From Azolla caroliniana (Eukaryota > Plantae > Polypodiophyta), in the NCBI GenBank assembly GCA_043228905.1, contig JBHGNT010000004.1, positions 25,866,296 through 25,930,295 of the forward strand: a stretch of 64,000 nt of DNA. The letters are read 5' to 3'. The position numbers were made by a program, and so were the translations under genes. Of the stretch, positions 13,434 through 24,455 are shown piece by piece; the first letter of the stretch is position 1, and every line of letters starts with the position of its first letter. Under the pieces are notes generated by a model. The model was not told where the DNA came from, did not search any database, and saw only the letters and a program-made list of their open reading frames with translations.

Positions 13434-14845
13434 CAGGTCTATGCATTGATGAATTAGAAGAAATGGTTACCAAATTTGCAAAGGAAGAATGTGTTGAATA
13501 AGTTACTCTTGGGAATGTTGTGATTATGCTTTCGCTATATGTAAATGATGTAGTGCTTTTTGCAAATACCTTAGGAGATGCATAAAAGCTTATGAAGGCA
13601 TTGATTTTTTTTTGCATGCATACTGAATTAAGTGTCAATAGCTCTAAAACAAAGATCATGCTTGTGAAGAGCCAAAAAAGAGATAAGCCATGCATTACGT
13701 ACAACAATGAGCCACTTTAATATGTGGAAAGCTTCAAATATCTTGGCCTTGAAGTTCCTTCAAATCATAGATGGAATGAATGTGCTACACGCCGCTTAGA
13801 GGCGGGTAAGCATACTATGCATTTGAGAACACATGCAATCTTTGAGATATTAAGTGTTGGGTCCTCGAGAAATATATTTTCTACACTTTGGTGACACCGG
13901 TTCTTCTCTATGGGGTGGAAGTATGGGGTGGCACCATCCCTAAATCTATATGAGAAGAGTTTGAAAATGTCCAAAACCATTTTCTTACAAAGTTTTTCCA
14001 AGTTAAGAAACAAACGCCCTACACCCTCCTCCTCCATGAGACGGGATCGCTTCCCATTGAGATCATGGCCATGGAAAGGGTTGCTGAATACATGCTTAAG
14101 GTTCAAAAAAGTCCCTTAAATCGACTTCCTAGAATTGCATGGGAAGCACGCAAAAATATCCAAAAGACGCATAAAATGACAATTTTGTGTTCCGGTTGGA
14201 TGCTAGATATAGAAAAATGGTTTGGTAGATGGGATGTGAGACACTTGCTTCGTGATGCATCACTAGATTCCTTTGTAAATGAGGCCTTTTTGCAACGCCA
14301 ATGTATCATGACATGGGACAAATGTGGAGGCTCACGCTTCACACATTATACTACACATGTTGCACCTAACTACAAAACCATATTCTTTGCGAAACAGGGA
14401 AACCGTACACATCACATTGATACATGTTAGCGCCCATACCGTTATCTACCATTTGAACCATTGCTTCCATGCAACTTAGCTCACATGCATCACGATGTGA
14501 GACATGGCGTTGGGGCACAAGTGATGAGAGTGGTCGGTTATGCACAATTTGCCCTAAACAAGTTCGCGAGTTTGAGTATCACACTTTGATACAATGCTTT
14601 GCGTTTGATCATATTCAACCATGCTTTCCACATCTATTTGAATGAACCCAATCCTTGCATGAATTCCTCTCACAACCACAATGTGCACTCTCGATTGCAA
14701 TATTCATTGTTAAAGTTCTTGAACATCGAGAGTCAATACTCACTTTCACATGTATCACGTGAAATGTAATATTTTTGGTCTCATAGGTCATATTTGACCT
14801 CCGAAGACAATAATATAATCTAGCAGCTATCTATCTATCTATCTC
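13434..14845 (+). mobile_element. 5'-truncated RTEX-type LINE
   Basis: RT core GLCIDELEEM...LSLYVNDVVL, FKYLGL and LLYGVEVWG; Zn finger LSSHASRCETWRWG...RLCTICP...EYHTLIQC; 3' hairpin at 14785-14800 and a (CTAT)n tail. Confidence 0.8.
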
Positions 14846-15082
14846 TGGATATCAGGTTTATGTTCAACAATATGGAACTCATTAATCAAACAAGTTTTCT
14901 TGTGTTGCTTCACTTCTTCAAGTTTAATGAAATAATTCAAGTTTATGAAGGCTTCATTGAGCACCATCTCCTCCCCCTCCCCCCCCCCCCCCCCCCTCTC
15001 TCTCTAGATATCAGGTTTATGTTCAACAATGTGGAACTCATTAATCAAACAAGTTTTCTTGTGTTGCTTCATTTCTTCAAGG
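14842..15082. repeat. Direct repeat, ~80 bp core with ~160 bp period
   Basis: GATATCAGGTTTATGTTCAACAAT...TTCTTCAAG starts at ~14848 and ~15007, separated by a C-rich tract. Confidence 0.85.
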
Positions 15083-15996
15083 CCATTTCAAATTCATTCA
15101 GGTACTAGATGAGCAATTGTAACTTATCGTATGAATAGCTTTCCTGAGCCTTTACTTGTAGATTATTATCCTTCTCACAATTGCCTTTTTTGAATCGATA
15201 TTATTATTTCCCACCATTAGACCACAATAATCAATTTATTGTCAACAAGCTACAAGTTAATATATCAAATGGATTGTAAGTTGTGTGTACTATCAACAAT
15301 AATCATAAACGTCTACATGATGATTTGTTTATATTACCATACAATGTTTTCGTTTGCAACCCTGAGGCTAATAATATTCTTAACCTTGTAATTATGGCAT
15401 CTCTCTTTTAAAACCTTATGTTTGTGTTACACACCATGGAAACTATTTAGAATCGTAACTTAATTGTGATTGTGTGTTGTCATTTTATTCCTTGAGAAAA
15501 TTTTATGCCAAGGTTGAGCATAGAAACCCACGAGTTTATACAAGGATAATGCAAACCCAAATTCTATTTGCTACAATTGTTTATATGACTTTCCTCATTT
15601 GGGTGTTGCACTAATGGTTGGATATTGAAGTTCTTTTAGCTTTAAGATGTGAAGGGGTTTTAAACTGATTTTGGTGAGCTTTTGAAATTACATTAAAAGA
15701 AGGGTAGTTATGGCCCAAACATGAGTTGTATCTAGTCAATTGCATGAGACATCCATGGCCACAAATCACTCGTACACATTTGACTAACCCTTAGCAAATC
15801 ATCACCTTACATATCTAGAAAAGTCAACAGGCATGACTTATATGCACAGATTGACCCATGTGTGACATTTGTGGTATTTGCCATCCGTAATATTCGAGAA
15901 TACAAAATGACCCCAAGAATATTACAGAATCATTTTTTTATTTATATATTATTTAAAATAGATATTATTTATTATTTATTTAACAATTCGACTAGG

Positions 15997-16420
15997 AAGT
16001 GGGGGATTAATGAACATTTTATTTATTTATTTATAAAAAATATAACAAATACTTTTAAGTTTTACACCTATTATAAAAATATTATTAGTGTGAGGTCCCA
16101 TTTTTAATGTCAAATAAAAATATCAAATTTTGTGTGAGAATAAAAAGTGAGGAATCAATGAACCTTTTATTTATTTATTGTTTTATGAAAAAATAAAACA
16201 AACACCTTTAAGTTTTATATCTCTGATAAAAACATTATTAGTGTGAGGTCCCCTTTTTAATGACATTTAAAAATATCAGATTTTGTGTGAGAGTAAAAAG
16301 TGGGGAATTAATGAACCTTTTATTTTTATTTTTATTAAAAATAAAACAAATACTTTTAAGTTTTACATCTATTATAAAAATATTATTCGTTTAAGTCTCC
16401 TTTTTAATGTGAAGTAAAAC
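15997..16420. repeat. AT-rich tandem repeat, ~150 bp unit, ~3 copies
   Basis: The unit AAGTG(G/A)GG..AATGAAC...TTTAAGTTTTA...GTGAGGTCCC...TTTTGTGTGAGA starts at 15997, 16145 and 16298. Confidence 0.9.
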
Positions 16421-16465
16421 ATCCCCTTTTTTATTGTCAAACTCCTATTTGTTATAACTGATATG

Positions 16466-16802
16466 GCGGAACACGCCTATGGTGACACAAGGAGGAAGTG
16501 GCTCGAGGTGGAACTACCAACCCCCACGCTGGCTGTTTCCGGCTCACTTACCACCCTCCCTTCGCTATCGACCCCAGGAGGTGTCTCGTACTAGTCATCA
16601 CTGAAGGGCATCGTTTTTAGCTATAGGTACTTACATTAAGTAGTCAGTTTGAAAGGCGATGTAACTAGTCTCATTTTCTTGACCCTGATCAGAGGGAGAT
16701 TCCCTGATCTATGTATAAGCCTCCTTGTACAGTCTCTCTATAATAATCCTTCCTAAGTAATGGGAAAGTAGCTTCATTTTGGGAAAAAAAGAAGTTATAA
16801 GT
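16466..16802 (+). mobile_element. Short retroposed LINE 3' end or SINE with TSD
   Basis: A 14-bp TSD TTATAACTGATATG lies at 16452-16465 and 16803-16816. The element has an A-rich 3' end, and its last ~165 bp are homologous to 17078-17240. Confidence 0.75.
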
Positions 16803-17077
16803 TTATAACTGATATGATATATGATATATTCAAGAAACTAAAAGGTAGGGACTTTATGAACTCTCTCTTTTTTTTAAACGAATATTTTTTCATGCATTCG
16901 TATGCATTTGTTTGGTAACCGCCACGAATGCGAATATGTCAATTTATGTTTATATGTAAACAATAGTGTCTTGTATAATAGTGATTACAATTTACAAGTA
17001 GTCAATATCTAATATTGACCCTTAAGAAATAGCCCCAACAATAGGGCATAATGTAACAAGAGAATAAGTTTGTAGCA

Positions 17078-17240
17078 TAAGTAGTCAGTTTGGAAGGATA
17101 TTTACTTAGTCTCGTATTCTTGAACTCAATTGGAGGGTGATTCCCCAATTTATGCATAAGCCACCTTGTATAGTTTTTATGTAATAATATCTCCTAACTA
17201 ATGGGAAAGTAACTTCTTTTTGGAAAGAATAAGAACTTGT
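17078..17240 (+). mobile_element. Second, shorter copy of the same LINE/SINE 3' end
   Basis: It aligns by eye to 16637-16795 (TAAGTAGTCAGTTTG...TAATGGGAAAGTA). An imperfect flanking duplication AGAATAAG..TTGTAGC is present. Confidence 0.7.
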
Positions 17241-18797
17241 AGCTAGGTTTAATGGTATAACCTTGCTCTCTTCCCTTCAATAGCATTGGCTTTGAAATGG
17301 GAATGTTACCATTATTGCTATATGTATTGGAAAATATATCGATTTCAATGTTTCAAAGCCATATATTTCAAGAGAAATTATTGTGTGCATGTTAAAGAAA
17401 GTATTACATTAGGATAAACTATCATGCATTGCTCTATTTTGGCACATCCAATGTCAAGAAACATACAAGAAAATATTCCCAACATAAGATGAATTAAAAC
17501 ATATTCACAAATAGAATGTTGTCGTTAGTTTGTGCTCGATGCGTCCAACCACCACATAACTGCTTCACGACAACATTTCACCCAAACCCGTTTTAGTCTA
17601 TATTCTTGCGTTGGATATTGACATTTGTAAGGTGGCATACATTGATATCTTGGTTGGTACCAAGCATTGCTACATTGATGCCAAATTCTAATGACAAAAA
17701 GGGAGAAGTAGTGGTAGCATGACTCCCTTTGTTGAAAATGGTAAGTGATGAGATGACCTCAAAGTGTGTCAGTGTCACTTGTGGACTTGTGGACAAACCT
17801 TATTTATACATGATATAAGTGATTGTAGATGCGTTCTCTTGTTCATATTAACATGATTTGCAAAAAGAATGTTGTATATGAAATCAAGTAGAAATTTAAG
17901 AGAAATATATAGATAGATGTCAATAGATACCCAAGAGAGTATTCAATTTCCCATGGTTTAAGCCTTAATGGTTGAAATTAGAGATACATCTAAAAGTGTC
18001 GATTGTAGGACTAATCCTTATCGTTGTTATGGGTTTCAGATGTTAGGGTAATGCATGTGGGAGATGGGGGATTGGCAATAGACATTGCTTGGAACCATTC
18101 AGAAAGGTCTTTCCGAGAAACCTTTTTACTAGTCCATGGCGACCACACACTGATCGCATAGAGACATTGTTCCCCAAAGAGCTCCTAAAATTACAGGCTC
18201 CATTATGGAGTGGTATCAACGCAGAGTACTTGATGGTGATGGTGCCCATAAAGTAAATTGGTAATGGGGGACATCAATGGGGGTGGTGTGGATAAGTTGG
18301 GCAAGGCAACTTGTTTATTGCAGTCAATATTGGGCCCTAGGGATATGATGCATAATAGCTAGCTAGCTAGCTTATGCACTTGTACAACGCATGCGTAGGG
18401 CTACTCCTCATGCAGGGCACTTACACGACTTGTGTGCGCCACATAACGTTGTCTGCATTGTGCAACAGACCAGGGGCCCGATGTTGGACCGCTTTGTCGC
18501 CAAACCTTCACCCGAACCTAGCGCTCGCACTACATACTCTTTTTCATCCTTTCCTTTGCCCCCCCCCCCCCCCCCCCCCCCCAATATATATATATATATA
18601 TATATAACAACTATCAAAAGAAAATACTCAATACAAACATAAAGCATATGTACAAAGTGTACCCACACCATCTACAAAAGGAAAAAGAACATTAACTTAA
18701 TATAATTCTACAAAGGATCTTGTCTATACACGGTAGAGTAAATTAAGTTAGATTATAAGTTATGTATTGTATTGTGTGTGTGTGTGTGTGAGTGAGT

Positions 18798-18950
18798 GAG
18801 TCATGGGTTCAACCCCTACATTCCACAATGGGATATAATGAAATAATAGATATCTATGGAGTAATGGAGAGGTGAGAAGATTGGGTTTCAAACCCAAGAT
18901 GTAGTGCTACTAGTGTAAACAACTTACCACTAGGGTAAGCTAGGGTCAAC
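18798..18950. mobile_element. Partial tRNA-derived SINE-like repeat
   Basis: GTCATGGGTTCAACCCCTACATTCCACA (B-box half) is followed by a spacer and an inverted tRNA-like segment. It is homologous to 19934-20056. Confidence 0.6.
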
Positions 18951-19397
18951 TACCATATGTGGTCCGATCGTTGATATAGTGGATATCAAACAATTATTTT
19001 TTTCGCCCTTCATGCTGAATCTGCGTGTTTACTATGAATGCAGATACTTGTTAAAAGCAGTTGTTGCTTTCTGTAGGTTTGAACCTCTTGCTTGCTTGCT
19101 TACTTGTAAAAGGTATGATGGGTGAAAACAACAATTGCAAAAGCTAAGGTTTTAATTCAAAGTAGCCTATGCTACCTCTTTTTTCATGTCACCTTGTTGT
19201 TGAGTATAGAAAAAGAAATAAAATGGGCAAGACACTACGAACATTTGGGTATTGGCCCCCGATATCTATGAAAGTTAGTGCGGAGACTGAACCGGTACCC
19301 TTGGAAGAAGTTATGGTGGAGATCGGATAGAATGAGGCTTTGGCAACAACCTTTCCTTTCCTTTCCTTTGGCAACACGACTTTGTATTTGTTCATTC

Positions 19398-19834
19398 TCA
19401 TGTGCGTATCTTTTCGATGGTCTTCTGAAAACTATAACATTCTACGAGAACACATCCAGTGACCCGTCTCTTGACCGTAGCAATTTTATGCATAGTTGGA
19501 ACTATAGCCTCGATCATGGATACTAATAAAATAAAACCAGGCACTGAGAACAAAACCAGATAGTTGGTATAAAGTAAAATGCCCGATGTTTCCAAGTTAG
19601 TCCAACTTTATATTCTTTCAATATAAACCATATATCTTAGATAGGTTGTATTCAAATTGGTTGGTAGTATTGGAATCTAATCATTGTCTAGAATGACAAA
19701 GATTTCCAACCAGGAAATCAGTCCAATAGTACCACCTAGTAATAAATAATGCAATATATTCTCGTGGATTTCCATTATTTTGATACTTGGCATCATCACA
19801 ACAAATGGAAGTGACACGACAATTACGCCTTATG

Positions 19835-19835
<1 letters not shown>
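19398..19835 (-). pseudogene. nad6: Mitochondrial nad6 fragment (NUMT), 3' two-thirds of the gene
   Basis: The minus strand reads VVSLPFVVMMPSIKIMEIHENILHYLLLGGTIGLISWLEIFVILDND*IPILPT...WTNLETSGILLYTNY...ILLVSMIEAIVPTMHK, matching plant NAD6. It has an internal stop and frameshifts. Mitochondrion-like sequence may extend to ~18960. Confidence 0.9.
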
Positions 19836-19886
<51 letters not shown>

Positions 19887-19889
19887 AAA

Positions 19890-20060
19890 TGGATGTAGCT
19901 CAATTGGTGAGGTTGCCCAATGAAGACCAGGAGGTCATGGGTTGAACCCTACATTCCACAGTGGCATCTATTGAATTAAGAGATATGTATAAAGTATATA
20001 ATAGAGAGGTGAGTAAATTTAGGTTTCAAACCCAAGACATAATGGCTTGTAGTGTAGCTA
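19890..20060 (+). mobile_element. tRNA(Ala-like)-derived SINE-like repeat
   Basis: TGGATGTAGCTCAATTGGT (A box)...GAGGTCATGGGTTGAACCCTACATTCCACA (degenerate B box and acceptor stem). Related copies lie at 18798, 20092 and 20168. It is too degenerate to be a functional tRNA. Confidence 0.65.
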
Positions 20061-20167
20061 AATACGATAAAAAAAGAAAAAGAGAGAGATAAGTCATGGG
20101 TTGAATCCCTACATTCCACATAGGCATCTAGTGAATTGACAAAGAGATTTTTTTATTTATTTTTGGA

Positions 20168-20245
20168 TATAGATGTAGTTCAGTTGGTAAGGTTGCCTAT
20201 TTGAGACAAGAAGGTTATATGTTCGACCCGTACATTCCACACTGA
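20168..20245 (+). mobile_element. Additional degenerate copy of the tRNA-like head
   Basis: GATGTAGTTCAGTTGGTAAGGTTGCC...GTTCGACCCGTACATTCCACA aligns with 19892-19960. Confidence 0.6.
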
Positions 20246-20331
20246 GACTAGTAAAAGGCAGGAATATTATAATGATAATGACATTGCTAATCAAATGCTA
20301 AACAACGACAAAGAAGGATCATCGATAACGT

Positions 20332-20370
<39 letters not shown>

Positions 20371-22099
20371 AGCATTAGGGGAACATTACAATGATAATCA
20401 AATGCTAATAAACTTTATATTCAACTATATAGTCAATATTATATCACAACATGAAGGGGTTGGTTTATATAACTTTACCTTCTCTAGTTTGAATGCACAC
20501 AATGGCTCAATGACAACGACAAAGAAGGATCATCAATAATGTTCACAATCAAGTTTGATGATACTCTCTTGATATCTCCGTTGATGTGCAATAATCGAGT
20601 TGAAGGGGACGTTATTTGGTTCTCATACATGTCCTTAAAATCTCATACAACCTAATGTGGTCATAGAAGAGGATACTTAGAACAATTACATGGAATGTTG
20701 GGTGATACAACACCTATTCTTTCCTCAATCACGTTGAGAATGCTTGAAAATCCCTAGAATCTACCATGTGTCTTGAGAAATGGTGGATGAGCTTAAACAT
20801 TTGTTTGATAATATGGATGGCTCTCTTAGGAGAAATTGGTTTGTTACGTAATTTGGCATGACCTTTTACTTTTTCCCACAACATATTTCTCTATAGGATG
20901 AACATGAATATGCCAAATTCTTGAAACTAAAAGTTGAACAATAGAGAAACATTGTCTCCACATCAAAGATTGCAAATATTGGAGCAAACATGTAGTAATG
21001 GATTTGAAATAAAATGAAGGTATTTTCTTTAGGTTTGATACTCAACCATAAATGAACAACTTTCCTAGTCCAAAGGTGGGGACAAAAAATATACGACCAA
21101 TAAAAGATAGTTTGTTATGTAATCTAAGTTAAAGAAGTTTGCTTCCCGTTAACAATTGTGTATAGGTAATGAAATGCAAGCAATCATGCATGCTCTAAGC
21201 TAAGAGAAATGATGCTTGAAAGAGGGTCGACTCTTGCAAAATACAATGTTTGAGATATTTCATGGTTAGGCCAACTCTATATATTACAATCAAATAATGA
21301 CATCCTATAAATTTACAAATGAATAAGTCTTTGTATCCTCGATATAACTCAAATTATTTGTCTTTTGTCTAAAGCATGGGATTCATCATTTGATCCAGCA
21401 AAAGGAGACAACATCTTGTTGGTAGGTACAAAGTATGAAGTAGTTGGATCCCCTAACATCGACCATAAGGTAATATTGCCATCTCTATATGAATGACAAT
21501 TGGCTATTTTTTAAGAAATAATGCATTAAATCCCCGTATGCTTGTCTTGCTCCCATTAAATACAACTAAATGTCACATCAAAAGAAACTATGGTCCTATT
21601 AAATGTGTTGTATCACTGACATTTTTCTCCCAGTGAAATGAGAATTGTTCATGGAATTTGATCCATCTAATCGAAACCCCTCATTGGTAGATAAATCTGC
21701 CCAAATGCAATAACTTGTATATTTCAACACTAAATGAACACATAAGGTTTTATTTTTTCAAATACATTTCAAGTGTTCTTCTTGAACATAAATGTGATCC
21801 ATTCCATTTTGCCATATTTCGAATTACAAGGGATTGGAAGTGTTCTACTAGTGTTATATTTTATTATTACATGGAAGTTACAGTGATATAAATGACATGA
21901 TGGAGTTTCAAATTCTAAAAAATATAGCATAAAATTATCATATTCAAATATGTACATTTGAATTGTTGTTTTTCCAAGATACATCATACAACATGACCAT
22001 TCTTTTTCTCCATATCTTAAAATTTAAAAATATGTAGGTATAGTTGATAAAAGAGTACGTTTGGATGAGCAGATATGCTGGAAAATGGGGTTTGTTTCA

Positions 22100-22432
22100 G
22101 TTTTTTTTTTTCCAAAAAATTCTACTTCCATTAGTTAAGAAAAAGTAGATAGAATAATATACAACTCATGTGTTACAAGCCACTTTGCAAAAGGCTACAA
22201 GAAAACATCATGTATAAATGAAGCAGCAAAGCCTCGTCACATAATTACTCGACTGACTCCCATCAACATGAGCCTCACACAACCCACATTCAACAAAGAC
22301 ACCCTCCAATCACTTCACAATTCAGCACCTACCTTTATGTTTGGTACCATAGGAGGGAACAACCATCGGTTTGGTTGATATATCCACTTTGCATTGCCAT
22401 CCACCATCTGTAACAAACATCGGAGAGACGTC
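22100..22432 (-). mobile_element. 5'-truncated LINE 3' end with TSD
   Basis: A poly(T) tract starts at 22101, followed by the tail signature CCATTAGTTAAGAAAAAG. A 13-bp TSD GGGGTTTGTTTCA lies at 22087-22099 and 22433-22445. Confidence 0.75.
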
Positions 22433-22618
22433 GGGGTTTGTTTCAATTTTGTTGGGGATAAGGGCCGCATGAGTTTTGCTAGGTTTTTTTTGTTGGTTTT
22501 GGAGTTGTTCCTCTATGTTTTATAAATTGATCCCATAGTGGATTCAAGTTGAACTTTGTTGCATTCTATTTGCAAAGTAGTGTTTTTTTGGCAAGGAAAA
22601 ATATATAGATGATATAAG

Positions 22619-23073
22619 TGTTACAAATTATTTCTAATGTAAGCGTGAAATAAGGAAATAAATGGTAGACAGTAAAGAAAAAGAGAGAAAGAAGGGTGTC
22701 GATCCACCCGATCACCCCCAAGCGAAGGCATCGAGACATACTTGAGCCTTGATTGACGTCTCATACCACCACCATGGCATCGAGTCATACCTGGTATTGT
22801 CACACTTTCTACAAGAGTTTGTTCACCACGAGATTGCAATCTCGGTGTAGTCGAATGATGCGTCTAATGAGGGTAGTTATGCCTCGTATTTATAGTCATA
22901 CCTAAGGCCCCCAAGCAAGTTCACACTTTGCCCTTATGGGTTATCTCAATGCCTAGTATTAAAAGTAATTCTCCCTTCTTTACACTCTCGGTTAACCCTC
23001 ACACTTTTATCCTCGTGTGTAGAATACTACGGTACAAACTACTAAGGGATAAATTATGGTCATGCCTGTAACA
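22619..23073 (-). mobile_element. Solo LTR (455 bp)
   Basis: Termini TGTTACA...TGTAACA, a perfect 5-bp TSD ATAAG on both sides (22614-22618 and 23074-23078), and TATAAATA on the minus strand near 22890. Confidence 0.9.
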
Positions 23074-24182
23074 ATAAGAATGTAAGTCTTCTACTAGTGT
23101 TTATGGCTTGTCCCTCAGTGTGGTCAATACTAGATATTGTCGAGCAACAAAGCTTACACTTGTTCACTCATGAAGGTTCACCTATTATTATATATGGAAG
23201 TTATACATGATGAGAATGAAGACAACGCATAAAACACTTCCACTTGGAAGAACATTGATCCACATGCATAGGATTTGGATATGATCTTATTGCACAAGTA
23301 TGTAGTGGGGAGTTTCTTAAATCAGTTTCCAATATTGTTGTTCGCAGTCCCCCGCTTATAACTTTATTTATTTCAATGAATTGCATACATTTGGATTGAA
23401 AATTGATTCAACGTTGTTCCTCTTGACAAATGGTGGCAAATGCTATGGAACCTCATCAAAGAACAAAATTTCAATATTGTTGTCCATAGTTGCCCACTCA
23501 TAAATTCATTTGTTACAACGAATTCCATAATTTTGAATTGAAAACAATTTAACACTATTCCTCTTGCAAAATGGTGGGAAATGCTGCAAAGCCTCACAAA
23601 ATAACGGATTTTGAAAGAGGACTCACTTTGAAATGGTGGTGGAAGACAAAGTAGGCTCCATAAACAAATTGTCGTGCCAATAGATGTAAAATAGTGGAGA
23701 ATGACACACATTACTCCTTTTAGGTGTAACCATACAATGGAAGTACAAGCATACATGGTCCTATTCGCCCAAAGTTCCACGTGAAGTTTGATATAGAGTC
23801 GCAATAAGTCGTAGTATACCACCATGGAGCCCCCTAAAAATTTGGCCTTCATTTTAAGTGTAACCAAAGGAGGACAACTAGAGAGAGGCAAAAAATACAA
23901 GAGTTTGGAGTGAGGATTGTGATTGGTAGAATGAGTGAAGGATGCATGAAACATAACTAATTCCAATGCTTCTTTTTATGTTAAGCAATATATGGGTTAT
24001 CTGACATGTTAGTAATAGTCCCCACTCATTCGTGTCTTTGTACGTTTGTTCGACAAGAATGCGGTCCAAACATATTGTGGCCTTCCATGTCACCGCAAGC
24101 AAGGATTTGGGGGAGGGTTACTACACAAGGGAGATGAAACATGCAAGGATACATAAGAAATAGGACAATACCAAGTATGGTC

Positions 24183-24307
24183 ACATACATACATACGTAC
24201 ATACATACATACATACATACATGTGCAAAATACGTACATACATACATGAATGTACAAAATACGTACATACATACATGAATGTACAAAATACGTACATACA
24301 TACATGA
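24183..24307. repeat. (CATA)n microsatellite grading into a 29-bp minisatellite
   Basis: CATACATGAATGTACAAAATACGTACATA is repeated about 3 times, ~150 bp upstream of the TTLL start codon. Confidence 0.9.
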
Positions 24308-24455
24308 TGGACTGACTCTCTCTATATTTAGAGGCTTTTCCAACTACCTTCAAATCTAGTGAAAGGGCGCCAAACTGTTTTCCTTGAAGGGTCGTCTTTC
24401 TCATCTTCTATTGATTTCTGACTTCGATTCCGCCCATCGCCCGCCCATCGTTGCA

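Noticed and set aside
19189-19401. ORF downstream of nad6, faintly sdh3-like
   Set aside because: The similarity needs several frameshifts and is not supportable by eye.
19890-19960. Functional tRNA gene
   Set aside because: The T-loop lacks the conserved C, the anticodon arm is mismatched and differs between copies, so it is treated as SINE-like.
23150-24180. 197-aa minus ORF, ~140-bp internal duplication and a PPT-like GGGGGAGGG at ~24108
   Set aside because: Probably a retroelement remnant, but no domain or LTR pair could be verified.
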